NCBI GenBank assembly: GCA_964016885.1
Contig: CAXHJY010000479.1
Span: 1 to 18,897, forward strand
DNA: 18,897 nucleotides
Source of the DNA: Eledone cirrhosa
Taxonomy: Eukaryota
Direction: 5' to 3'
Shown here: positions 1 through 10,147 of the stretch, in pieces
Layout of the letters: every line of letters starts with the position of its first letter
Numbering within the stretch: the stretch's first letter is position 1
Position numbers and translations under genes: made by a program
The notes under the pieces: model-generated
What the model was told of the DNA's origin: nothing
Databases searched by the model: none
Seen by the model: only the letters and a program-made list of their open reading frames with translations

Positions 1-150
1 CCCGGCACTATAAAAGACAGATTCTATGAGACACTGATGCTCACTACCTCCCAAATAACCGACAGTGACTATATAATTATTGCTGGCGACCTAAATGGTC
101 ACGTTGAACAACATTGTGACGGCTATGACGGAATCCATGGAGGCCATTAT
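1..150 (+). mobile_element. RTE-clade LINE fragment, APE endonuclease domain (truncated by window start and by SINE)
   Basis: Frame 1 reads PGTIKDRFYETLMLTTSQITDSDYIIIAGDLNGHVEQHCDGYDGIHGG. The GD(L/F)NGHV and following GYxGxHGG motifs are typical of RTE apurinic-like endonucleases. Confidence 0.85.
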
Positions 151-164
151 GGATGTATGTATGC

Positions 165-375
165 GGTGGATTGGCAGTATCGGTAGAGTGTCGGACACCA
201 TGCTTTGCAGCATAGAGTTACGGCCATTTACAGTCTGAGTTCAAATCCTGCCGAGGTTAACTTTGTCTTTTATCCTTATGGAGTCGATAAAATAAAGTAC
301 CAGTCACACACTGGGGTCGATTTAATCGCCTTTCCCCTCCCCAGAATTGCTGGCCTTGTGCTTATATATAAAAAC
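165..375 (+). mobile_element. tRNA-derived SINE (long variant)
   Basis: A-box-like TGGCAGTATCGG, B-box GAGTTCAAATCC, body GAGGTTAACTTT...GTCGATAAAATAAAGTACCAGT and 3' TTGCTGGCCTTGTGC. Homologous copies lie at 4150, 4362, 5551 and 2492. Confidence 0.88.
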
Positions 376-650
376 CCTTATCTATGTATGTATATATGTC
401 AGGTCACTGACATACTTCTTTTTCTGTGTTTAAGGGTCTTCACTCTATTGTATAAGCTATGTCATAACATCACCAGGCATGAACACATCTTATATATCCT
501 TATATATTATTTTTAGAATTTCAGTAATTCTAATTTTTATATTTTGGCAGCAGACTTAGCTACATCTAGAAAACCAGAGAACTGAGATGTGTGTTTCGGA
601 ACCAGTTGTTGTTAGTGGGAAATACTGTATGGTGTAAGCACAGGGTCAAG

Positions 651-817
651 TATTCTCCTTCTTCTTCGCTCACTTATTCCTGAGAGGGTCATGAGGGCAG
701 AGTCCTCAATCACGCTTTCTGGCAGATCTTGATGGAAGCAACCATCTCCAACAGATCTGGCTAGACCCTCCAAGTGAGATCAGCCAAGCTGGTGGATGTT
801 ATCCAACCATCTTGCTC
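651..817 (-). mobile_element. 5'-truncated LINE 3' end, RTE clade (Rex3/Expander-like C-terminus)
   Basis: Minus strand reads ARWLDNIHQLG*SHLE...PDLLEMVAS...LRTLPS*PSQE*, resembling the RWxDxI...LRxLPxRP C-terminus of RTE elements. It is followed by a short (GAA)n tail (plus strand CTTCTTCTTC, ~658-667). Confidence 0.6.
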
Positions 818-1690
818 AGGAAATATTGCATGGTGTAACAACAGGATCATGATAGGGAAATATTGTATGGTGTAGTGATAGGGTCAGTGTTAGGGAAATA
901 TTGTATGGTATAGTGACAGGGTCATGATGGGGAAATATTGCATGGTGTAACAACAGGATCATGATAGGGAAATATTGTATGGTGTAACAACAGGATCATG
1001 ATAGGGAAATATTGTATGGTGTAGTGACAGGATCATGATAGGGAAATATTGAATGGTGTAGTGACAGGTTCATGTTAGGGAAATATTGTTTGGTGTAGTG
1101 ACAGGGTTAGTGTTAGGGAAATATTGTATGGTGTAACAACAGGGTCATGATAGGGAAATATTGTATGGTGTAACAACAGGGTCATGATAGGGAAATATTG
1201 TATGGCGTAGTGACAGGGTCAGTCTTAGGGAAATATTGTATGGTGTAGTGACAGGGTCATGATAGGAAAATATTGTATGGTGTAGTGACAGGGTCATGAT
1301 GGGGAAATATTGTATGGTGTAGTGACAGGGTCATGATAGGGAAATATAGTATAGTGTAACAACAGGGTCAGTGTTAGTGAAATATTGTATGGTGTAGCAA
1401 TAGGATCAGTGTTAGGGAAATATTGTATGGTGTAGCAACAGGATCATTGTTAGGGAAATATTGTATGGTGTAGCAACAGGGTCATTGTTAGGGAAATATT
1501 GTATGGTGTAGCAACAGGATCAGTGTTAGTGAAATATTGTATGGTGTAGCAACAGGGTCATTGTTAGGGAAATATTGTATGGTGTAGCAACAGGGTCATT
1601 GTTAGGGAAATATTGTATGGTGTAGCAATAGGGTCATGATAGGGAAATATTGTATGGTGTAACAATAGGGTCAGGATATGGAAATATTGT
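818..1690. repeat. 37/38-bp minisatellite, about 23 copies
   Basis: Consensus AGGGAAATATTGTATGGTGTAGTGACAGGGTCATGAT (37 bp), with 38-bp variants ending CAGTGTT or CATTGTT. One detached unit lies at 617-648. Confidence 0.97.
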
Positions 1691-1951
1691 GGAAATATCA
1701 TTAGATAAAGATTTTCCCAAGGTATGGAGAAAACAAAGTAATTGAACCAGGGGATAAATTGACCAACTGTGAAAGCTATGAAAGCTATGGTTTGTTGTAG
1801 GAATCTAATTTGATCGAAACATCTTTGCTATTGTTGCACATACTAAACAAACTTGAATTAAAACAACGTTAATTATTGAGCTTATGTTGTTGTTTTTCTC
1901 ATCACATAAAAACTATTAAAGTAGAGATTTGATAGAGTTATTCTAACTTAA

Positions 1952-2525
1952 CATAGTATACTACTAAAGTGGTGAATTGGTAGATTAGTTAGAAAGTCTC
2001 ATAGTATACTACTAAAGTGGTGAATTTGTAGATTAGTTAGAAAGTCTCATAGTATACTACTAAAGTGGTGAATTGGTAGATTAGTTAGAAAGTCTCATAG
2101 TATACTACTAAAGTGGTGAATTGGTAGATTAGTTAGAAAGTTTCATAGTATACTACTAAAGTGGTGAATTGGTAGATTAGTTAGAAAGTCTCATAGTATA
2201 CTACTAAAGTGGTAAATTGGTAGATTAGTTAGAAAGTCTCATAGTATACTACTAAAGTGGTGAATTGGTAGATTAGTTAGAAAGTCTTATAGTATACTAC
2301 TAAAGTGGTGAATTGGTAGAATTGTTAGAAAGTCTCATAGTACACTACTAAAGTAGTGAATTGGTAGAGTTGTTATAGTGTCTCATAGTATATGACTAGA
2401 GTGGTGAATTGGTAGAGTTGTTATAGTGTCTCATAGGATATGACTAGATTGGGAATTGGTAGAGTGTTATAGTGTCTCATAGTATACTGCTAAAGTAGTG
2501 AATAGGTAGAAGTTTTAGAATGTCT
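1952..2525. repeat. 48-bp minisatellite, 12 copies
   Basis: Unit CATAGTATACTACTAAAGTGGTGAATTGGTAGATTAGTTAGAAAGTCT starts at 1952, 2000, 2048 and so on to 2432, then 2478. The last units are more diverged. Confidence 0.97.
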
Positions 2526-2655
2526 CATATAATATTTGCAGCATTTTTTTCTGGCTCCCTGCACTCCAAGTTCAAATCCTGTCGGTGTCAGCTTTATCTT
2601 GTCATCTCTTCTTGTTTGATAAATAAAATACCAAATACAATACACTCGGGTGGAT
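2492..2655 (+). mobile_element. Old degenerate tRNA-derived SINE whose head is the last 48-bp unit
   Basis: B-box GTTCAAATCC at 2570-2579, followed by GTCAGCTTT...TGATAAATAAAATACCA...ACACTCGGGT, collinear with the other SINE copies. Confidence 0.75.
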
Positions 2656-3093
2656 TCTCTCGCGTCAGATTTGGACAGGGGAAATAACTCTATGTCTGAC
2701 ATTGGATTTAAGCCAGGTAGAAGGGAAGCAACTCTGAAATGAAAACATTTTCCTTTGGAAAATAGCTAGGAGAAAAGAAGATATTGAAAGCTTGCTTTAC
2801 ATACCACTTATATTATCAATTCATTGTCAATATATATCAACATACATATTTACATAAACCCAGACAGACTGGTGTTAACAGGTATTAATCAGTGTAAAGC
2901 ACAGGTGGATGTTTATGTCAAAGTTTGTATGTTTATAGTAAACATTGACACTGTTTTTCTTATGTTTGCCATACTTATATAAAGTAAACACACATTTTCA
3001 CATAAATTCCCTGCTGTGCTTTACACTGATAAATGTCTGTTACGAGTCTGTTTATGTATATGTGAATATGTATGTTGATATATATTGATAACA

Positions 3094-3893
3094 AGTTACT
3101 AGCTGCAAAAGGTTTTACCCTCAAAATGAAAGGCAGACTGTATGATGCATACATACGAACATCAATGTTGCATGGTAGTGAGACCTGGACGTTGTATACA
3201 GAAGACTTGTGTAGATTAGAAAGAAATGAAGCCTGCATGCTCCAATGGATGTGTAATAGTAATATATGCGAACGGCAAATCATAAACGAATTGAGAGAGA
3301 GGGACTGAGCATAAGAGGAATCAAATGCTGTGTGCAGGAGAGAAGATTACACTAGTTTGGACATGTGATGCATATGAAGGATGAGAGTTGCATAAAAAAA
3401 GGTGCAGAGCGCTCAAAGTCGATGGAAACCTTGGAGTGGGGAGACCCAAGAAGACCTGGGATGAGATGATAAAAGCTGATCTTGCCCAAATGCACCTCTC
3501 AAAGGCGATGACACAGAACCGAGATCTCTGGCGTTACACAATAATACAGAAGACCCGACTTTCCACGGGTACAAGCCGAAGCTGAAACATATATACAATA
3601 TGCCCCTACCACCTCCCACTGTAAAGTGATCGTGTAGGTGTCACAACAAAAAATCACCCAGTCCACACTGTAATTGTGGTTGTGTAGGTGCCACGGTAAA
3701 AAGCAAACAGTACTAACTGTAACTGAGGTTGGCACTAGGAATGGCATCCAGCTGTAGAAACCAAGGTAAAATCAGTTCTGTATGAACAAGACATGGTCAC
3801 CTGACCTGGCATTTCTCACAACAGGACAACTCGTCTAACCCATGCTAGCGTGAAAGAATGGACATAAAACAGTGATAATTATGATGATGATGA
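3094..3893 (+). mobile_element. RTE-clade LINE 3' fragment (post-RT region, 3' UTR, (TGA)n tail), disrupted
   Basis: Reads KGRLYDAYIRTSMLHGSETW...LERNEACMLQWMC and GRPKKTWDEMIKADL across frameshifts and stops. Ends in ATGATGATGATGA. Homologous to 9121-10146. Confidence 0.92.
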
Positions 3894-4149
3894 CAGTGAC
3901 TAAGGTCCTTGTTTATAAACTAAACTTGTGAACATTTTATGACAATACAATGGCTGTGGTCCTTGTTTATAAACCATCTTTGTAGAAGCAGCAGACATTA
4001 GATCTTCTCAGTGAAGTATATTTAATATATATATTGAGACTGTGAGATTGAAGCTGAGCATGGCAAAGACAACTGCAATGACATTCCACCTGAATACCAA
4101 GGGGGCCACACATCAGCTCACTGGCCGTGACAGCTCATCCCTCTAATGT

Positions 4150-4339
4150 AACTGTTTCTACTTTTGGCACAAGGCCAGCAATTATCCCAGTGCATTACTG
4201 GTACTTTATTTTATCGATCCCCGTAAGGAGGAAAGGCAAAGTTAACCTCGGTGGGATTTGAACTCAGATCATAAAGGGCCGTAACTCTATACTACAAAGC
4301 ATGGTGTCCGACTCTCTACCAATACTGCCAATCCACCAC
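4150..4339 (-). mobile_element. tRNA-derived SINE (short variant), full length
   Basis: Reverse complement of the 165-375 family, with GGATTTGAACTC (B-box) and ACCAATACTGCCAATCCACC (A-box head). Confidence 0.88.
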
Positions 4340-4361
4340 TAATATAATCCATCCCTCTCAT

Positions 4362-4504
4362 ATAATTGTTTCTATTTTTGGCACAAGGCCAGCAATTACG
4401 CAGTGCATTACTGGTACTTTATTTTATCGACCCCGTAAGGATGAAAGGCAAAGTTAACCTCGGCGGGATTTGAACTCAGAATGGCAAGGACCGTAACTCT
4501 ATGC
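4362..4504 (-). mobile_element. tRNA-derived SINE, 5'-truncated
   Basis: Closely similar to the 3' part of the adjacent copy. It keeps the B-box and lacks the A-box head. Confidence 0.85.
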
Positions 4505-4964
4505 GTCATCACACCAACATATCTGAAAGTGAAATTGTAAACAGCTGACCTACAGGCAACAACTTGAGTTCTTACATGCACAGATGTTTGCAAGGAACAA
4601 CCTTCTACGCCATTTGGCAAGCTCATCAAGGGTTATTAGTACATCTCACCCAAGATACCAATGCCCTAGCCTTAATCTAAGGGCTGCTGCGGCATGCAAC
4701 TTCCCTGCATGGAGCAGGAGCTCCCATACGTAAAAGCTAAATACATCCCTAAACAATACTTAAGGCTCATCAACAGATGTCTTCATCGTACACCAACTGA
4801 GTATCTACCTGTGCTTCAGGTATTGCTGCTGCATCATTTCATAGAAAGCACTACACGCACAGGTTGGTAACCAAGGCCTCAATAGGCCCAAGTCATCCAC
4901 TTAATTACATAGCTGAAGATTCTCAGTTATTAAACCCACATGGCTTAATGTCATGTCACCCTTC

Positions 4965-5159
4965 CAGGTCTGTCAATCTCTAAAAACCCAAACGAGGAAT
5001 ACCATGAAAAAAAGTGCCCCAAAACGGAGAGAAATGAGGCAAAGTGGGAAGATTTTACATAATAAAAGCTATACCCATTTTTCAAAAGAGAAGGCATCTC
5101 TCACCCACCTATAGTGGTTGGGCGATCTCCCCAACGGACGGGGAGAGTTGACAGGTCTG
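4965..5159. mobile_element. Putative MITE with ~16-bp imperfect TIRs (hAT-like CAG termini)
   Basis: Left end CAGGTCTGTCAATCTC; right end GAGAGTTGACAGGTCTG (reverse complement CAGACCTGTCAACTCTC). No clean 8-bp TSD. Confidence 0.55.
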
Positions 5160-5355
5160 CCTTTCATAGAAAGCATCACACACACACAAACACACATGTT
5201 GGTAACTCAATAGAGCCAAGTCATCCACTCCATGATATGACTAGGGATTCTCAGCTACTGAGCAAACATCGTTTCATGTCATGCTGCCCTTTCTCTTGTC
5301 ACACAGTAAAGATGCAAGACTCAAATTTCAATATGCTTCAAACGTGGATAGCTGG
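5160..5355 (+). mobile_element. Second Ingi/Vingi-like fragment, paralogous to 4837-4964
   Basis: Shares TTTCATAGAAAGCA, GTTGGTAAC, CCAAGTCATCCACT, GATTCTCAG and ATGTCATG in order with 4837-4964. Reads SHPLHD...RFMSCCPF. Confidence 0.6.
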
Positions 5356-5451
5356 CAATAGATATAACGACCCAACAGAGCCTTATACGGCAGACGTTTG
5401 CTTTACAAGGTCGAAATTCGACGTTTGATCCCATTGTATGTCACCTTAGAT

Positions 5452-5520
5452 CAGAGGTTCTCAAAATTTTGGGGCCACGTCCCCACTCACGGCCCCATCA
5501 TACCCTCAGCGTCCCCACCC
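5452..5520 (+). mobile_element. Solo hAT (Charlie-like) terminal sequence
   Basis: CAGAGGTTCTCAAAATTTT preceded by CCTTAGAT (8-mer with central TA). No partner TIR was found. Confidence 0.4.
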
Positions 5521-5550
5521 CTATTTCCGGAGAAATACACAAATTATAAA

Positions 5551-5730
5551 TGATAGTATCGGTAGAGGGTCGGACGCCATGCTTTGTAGCAAAGAATTAC
5601 GACCCTTTATGGTCTGAGTTCAAATCCCGCTGAGGTTAACTTTACCTTTCATCCTTACGGGGTCGATAAAATATAGTACCAGTAATACACTGGGATGATT
5701 GCTGGCTTTGTGCCAAAAGTAGAAACAATT
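5551..5730 (+). mobile_element. tRNA-derived SINE (short variant)
   Basis: AGTATCGGTAGAG head, GAGTTCAAATCC B-box, GGGGTCGATAAAATATAGTACCAGT, and 3' end TGTGCCAAAAGTAGAAACAATT. Confidence 0.88.
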
Positions 5731-6194
5731 AATATATATATAATATTATATATATAAATAAATATAATATCGGAGAAAGCTTTTTAGCGATACTCCGGCC
5801 AAATTCCAACTCACTCAACAAACATTAGGAAATAAGTGATTATATTCCCAATTATGTGTTCGGGGTGCTAACTAAAAGTATTGCGTGGAAAATTGGCTGT
5901 ATTATTTCAAATGAGACATATCTAATATATCTTTTCCCAGACGGACGTCTCGTTTCATTATAGGACTCCTACAATTTGGGTGAAATTATACCAATTTATG
6001 TAGGAGCTTGTATACCATCAATAGATATATATTCAAGTGGGCTCCTATAATTCATCAGTGGGTATATATTTTTATTTTACTATATTTATATATATACGTA
6101 TCATTTGATATTTAATTTACTATTATATCATAAGCATACAATACTATAATAATAATTCATGGCGTCCCCCAATCCGAATTTATTTTCATACTCC

Positions 6195-6223
6195 GCGAAT
6201 TTCGTTATGACGGAATTTCACTG
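6195..6223. mobile_element. Solo Tc1/mariner (pogo/Tigger-like) TIR
   Basis: GAATTTCGTTATGACGGAATTTCACTG|TA, the same TIR family as 7387-7570, flanked by TA. Confidence 0.55.
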
Positions 6224-6974
6224 TATATATAAACAGTAGCAGATGCTGAGAATGGTAGTGTTCAATTACTTTGAGGAAGAAGCAAATTTGAATTGATGGA
6301 ATGAGTACAGCACGGAAAAGAAAGGTCACGTGTCAATCGGTCCCATGATTCATTTGTAACAACATTTTTGCCACCATGATTTATTTAAAACATTTTTATT
6401 TCCACCATTCTTTTGAAACGCAACATTTATACAGCATTGTCAAGAAACTCAACTTTGTGAAGAAACGCAAAAGAAGAAAAAAAGGAATACTTAAAGCCAT
6501 AATAAACGGTAATTAATTATTGTATCAATTAATTATAGAATGTATATAAATTTTAACAGTATATATATGTGTGTATTTAAAATGCTGGAGAGAACAACAA
6601 AGATTTATGAATACATATATATTTATTGGCTGACAAGTTGTTTCAAATATTATACGGACATAGAAGTTGAGATATCGAATATAAAACGATATTAGTACAT
6701 TAAAAATAAATAAATATGTGTGTCAATATTTTCATCAGAACCTAAACAAAAATTCTTAAATCAGAATGTATCCCCGAAGTGAAAAACTTACTTTCCATAA
6801 ACTCTCTTTTCATCTAATCGCATGGCTCGCTAGTCTAGCAATCTATATGCATTGAGCACACTAACCTTGTCTCTACTGGCTAGTAATCTGCATAACTAAT
6901 CACTTTTCTTTCCTCCCGATTAGCTTACTTGCTATTTACTCTGCTTATATAAATGTATGTATACATATCTCTCC

Positions 6975-7200
6975 CAGATGACCGCTTGAATACGCAAGTG
7001 TAAATTTTTACCTCCACAATTTTTTTTTCATTTTCCCCTGTTCCTTCCTCTTATCACCCTTTACTTTCTAATTTCTTTTATTTCTAACTATCTAACTTGT
7101 GATGAAGGACTAGTGTCCGAAATATTAAGACACTCTTCCTGCTATTTCAAGTGTTAAATTAATACATTTCTTCCATGTAATGTACCGTTTGTTTTATTAT
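6975..7200 (+). mobile_element. Possible Penelope-like pseudo-LTR remnant with two degenerate hammerhead-like motifs
   Basis: gTGATGA-A-GGAC-tagt-GTCC-GAAA-TAT-TA at 7099-7127 and CaGATGA-C-CGCTTG-aatacg-CAAGTG-tAAA at 6975-7004. Both cores carry mutations. Confidence 0.45.
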
Positions 7201-7238
7201 TTCTGTTTACCTTTTATATATATATATATGTGTGTGTG

Positions 7239-7311
7239 TGTGTTACGTATTTCTGTAGAAAAGGTAAAGGGAAGAAGAGTGCTCTATGTATAGTACAGAG
7301 CTATTTAATTA
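7239..7311. repeat. Dispersed ~70-bp repeat, same family as both arms of 7974-8117
   Basis: TGTTACGTATTTC...AGAGTGCTCTATGTATAGTACAGAGCTATTTAATTA matches 7976-8046. Confidence 0.75.
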
Positions 7312-7386
7312 TGTAATAAACAACACAATATAATTATTCCATTACCAAAGATTATATAAATATATATATATACATACATATGTATA

Positions 7387-7570
7387 CAGGTAAAATTCCG
7401 TTATAAATAATACCATTATGACGAACTTTTCAGTATAACGAAATTTCTTTTCAATCACCGAGGACGCTCAATTTGTTTTGGACAACTTCGTTATAATTTT
7501 TCGTTTACAACGAACTTTTTTTATACCGCATGAATTTCGTTATAACTGAATTTCGCTCTCGCTCTCTCTG
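7387..7570. mobile_element. pogo/Tigger-like MITE with TA target site
   Basis: TA|CAGGTAAAATTCCGTTATA at the left. TATAACTGAATTTCGCT(ctc expansion)CTG|TA at the right. Internal repeated TA(T)AACGAA-like motifs. Confidence 0.6.
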
Positions 7571-7572
7571 TA

Positions 7573-7635
<63 letters not shown>
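7571..7635. repeat. (TG)n(TA)n microsatellite
   Basis: Direct observation. Confidence 0.97.
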
Positions 7636-7639
<4 letters not shown>

Positions 7640-7906
7640 AGGGGGTAAGGTTCTTTACAAAGGAGGTTATAGTAAAAAGTAAGAATGCGCGGAAATGTAT
7701 TTAAAGAATCTGTTTCACTTCTTTGATGCGTCAAAGTGACATTGAAAAAAGATCATTTTTTAAAGAGTGTTTTATAAAGTATATAAAATGTTATCGGTTT
7801 CGATGTAATCTATCTAATCAAATATTACAATTAAAATGTTAAAAAGAATTAAAAATTAAGTGTTGAAGAAGGTCTGTTCATATTTCGTGCTGGGAGGAAA
7901 TATGAA

Positions 7907-7907
<1 letters not shown>

Positions 7908-7963
<56 letters not shown>

Positions 7964-7978
7964 TATGTGTGTGTGTGT
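7908..7978. repeat. (TA)n(TG)n microsatellite
   Basis: Direct observation. Confidence 0.97.
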
Positions 7979-8117
7979 TAGGTAATTCCGAAGGAAAAGC
8001 AAAGGAAAAAAGAGTACTCTATGTATAAAACAGAGCTATTTAATTAATTAGCTAATTAAATAGCTCTGTTCTATACATATAGCACTCTTTGTTTGTCCTT
8101 TGGAATTACATAACACA
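7974..8117. repeat. Long imperfect inverted repeat (arms ~65-73 bp, almost no spacer)
   Basis: Left arm TGTGTTAGGTAATTCCGAAGG...CAGAGCTATTTAATTA; right arm TAATTAAATAGCTCTG...CCTTTGGAATTACATAACACA. Confidence 0.9.
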
Positions 8118-8570
8118 TAAATAGCTCCTAACGGGAATGATCGACACAAATTCTGCATATCTATGAGATTGGCATCTTCCAGTCTGACAAGTTCAGCACT
8201 CTACAGTTCTAAGGAAATTTACCAACACTAACTATGGATTTATATGAAATGGATTACTCTGTTAAAAACATCCCGACACCCTCTAATCTTCTTATACCAA
8301 AATGTTAACTAATTAAATATATATATAACTTTGATAGGTTTCCACCAGGCCATGTCTAACTTAATAGCACCACCTGGAAAAGTCTTTCAAATAGGGATTT
8401 GGACACCATGGCCCACTCAAGTAGTTGCTGTTCTTGATTTTGTAGCTGTTGCTGTTGTTGGAGCGCTTGACCAATATTTGAAGAAAAAATATAGCAAAGT
8501 TTTTCAAAATGACTCTGAATTAATTTGAAAGAGACGTCGATATGTTTAAGTTTGCTGCGTATCTGCTTAA

Positions 8571-8766
8571 CCCTTTAGCGTTTACATTACTCTATATATA
8601 CTATCTTACATAATTATCTCACATAATATTGAATCAATGAGATTTTGATGTTATTTATTTTGAGAACAATACCTTAATATTGGTATAAGTGGACAGTTAT
8701 GGCCAGTTTGAACAGAAAGAGGTAAGAGAATTCTGGCCAGATACAGCTGGTTTAAATGCTAAAGAG
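8571..8766. mobile_element. piggyBac-like MITE (196 bp)
   Basis: TTAA|CCCTTTAGCGTTTA ... TAAATGCTAAAGAG|TTGA: 14-bp TIR with 2 mismatches, and a TTAA target with one mutation on the right. Confidence 0.75.
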
Positions 8767-8996
8767 TTGACAGACCGCGTATTGAGTATTTGCGCCGTTT
8801 TTTTTTTTTTTCGGCAATATCGTTCAGACATGAAGTGTCTGTTTTCTGTTTTACGGTAGAGAAAACCATGCATTTATTAAGAGGTCAATTTCATTATCTG
8901 ACCAATTTCGTTTGTTGTAAGCCTGCTGGTTAGTCGTCATTTAAAAAAAAAATATATGTATATATTCTTTCTTATGTGTGTGAAGATATTAAAGAA

Positions 8997-9001
<5 letters not shown>

Positions 9002-9043
<42 letters not shown>
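9002..9043. repeat. (TA)n microsatellite
   Basis: Direct observation. Confidence 0.97.
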
Positions 9044-9046
<3 letters not shown>

Positions 9047-9120
9047 TCTCTTGCGGGTGTGAGTTTTTGGTTATTTGAGATATTAAAGAACAGGTGTATA
9101 TAATAATGTGTGTGTGTGTG

Positions 9121-10146
9121 TCATCATCATCATCGTTTAACGTCCATCTTCCACGCTAGCATGGGTTAGACGGGAGTTGTCCCACTTGATGCAAGGTTGG
9201 TCGGGTGACCGTGTCTTGCTCATATAGGACTATCTGGCAGGTTTTCTACGGCTGGATGCCCTTCCTAACACCAACCACATTTAGGGTATGGAACTGGGAA
9301 CTTTTTACCGTGTTACTTACACGACCACATTACAACGTGGACTGTGTATTTTTTTTGTTATGACACCTACACGATCTCGATCTCATTATCTCATTTATTT
9401 GGACTGGATGCTGTGGTACCAACTTTACAGAGAGAGGGTGGTGTTGGTGGGAGTGGGAGGATAGGGTAGGGGTAGTGGATTGGGGTGTATATTTGGTTAA
9501 GAGGTGCCTACTGACTGTAGGTTTCGCTTTGTACATAGGCAAGGCGGGGCTTCTGTATTACTGCGTGGTGCCAAAGATCTCGGTCCAGTGACATTGCTTT
9601 AGAGAGGTCCAAGTGTGTAAGGTCGGAATTTATCAAATCGTCCCAGGTTTTTCTGGGTCTACCTACTCTGTAACTTCCGTCAATTTTGATCGCCCTGCAC
9701 TTTTTTATACAGCTGTCGTTTTTCATGCGCATCACGTGGCCGTACCAACGTAGTCTTCTCTCAAGTAAACAGCATCTGATCCCTCTTATTCCTAATTTCT
9801 CACTTAGTTCATTTATGCTTTGCTGTTCACGTATGTCCAACGGAGCATGCATGCTTCGTTCCTTTCCATCCTACGCAGGTCCTCTGCACACAATGCCCAT
9901 GTCTCACTGCCATGTAATATTACTGTTCGTATGCAGGCATCATACAATATGTCTTTCATTTGTAGAGAGAAACCTTTTGTGGCCAACAGCGATATAAGCT
10001 CTCTGAACTTTTTCCATCCCGTTCTGACTCTAGCTACTGTACTTTCAGAGAACCCTCCACCACTGCTGATTTTGTCACCCAGGTAACGGAAGGTGTCCAC
10101 TATTTCTATAGAACCATCTGGGCAATGGAATGAGCTAGTATCCTGG
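9121..10146 (-). mobile_element. 5'-truncated RTE-clade LINE (RT thumb region to 3' UTR, (GAT)n tail), disrupted
   Basis: Reads DTFRYLGDKISSGGG...ARVRTGWKKFREL...LHGSETW and RRLRWYGHVMRM...GRPRKTWDDLINSDL. Plus-strand TCATCATCATCATC at 9121-9134 is the tail. Confidence 0.95.
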
Positions 10147-10147
10147 T

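Larger units (their letters stand above)
4035..4964 (+). mobile_element. Ingi/Vingi-like LINE RT C-terminal fragment interrupted by two SINEs
   Basis: Reads RLKLSMAKTTAMTFHLNTK, then the SINEs, then TPTYLKVKL*/QLTYRQQLEFL...ARNNLLRHLASSS...PAWSRSSHT...LRLINRCLHRTPTEYLPVL. This matches the PTYLGVxLDRxLT...CLRPTP pattern of this clade. Many frameshifts. Confidence 0.72.

Noticed and set aside
165-260. tRNA gene suggested by A and B boxes
   Set aside because: No cloverleaf. The boxes belong to a multi-copy SINE.
205-516. 103-aa ORF and the similar 73-aa ORF at 4408-4629
   Set aside because: Their similarity comes from reading through copies of the same non-coding SINE.
818-2525. CRISPR-like periodicity of the 37-bp and 48-bp repeats
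   Set aside because: The units are contiguous with no unique spacers, there are no cas genes, and the context is eukaryotic.
3904-3974. 17-bp direct repeat GGTCCTTGTTTATAAAC, twice
   Set aside because: Simple local duplication with no element between the copies.
5966-6007. Stem-loop CTCCTACA...TGTAGGAG as a pre-miRNA
   Set aside because: The stem is short and interrupted, and there is no second copy or other support in the window.
8346-8410. Tiny hAT-like MITE (CAGGCCATGTCTAAC ... TTTGGACACCATG)
   Set aside because: The TIR match is weak and there is no TSD.
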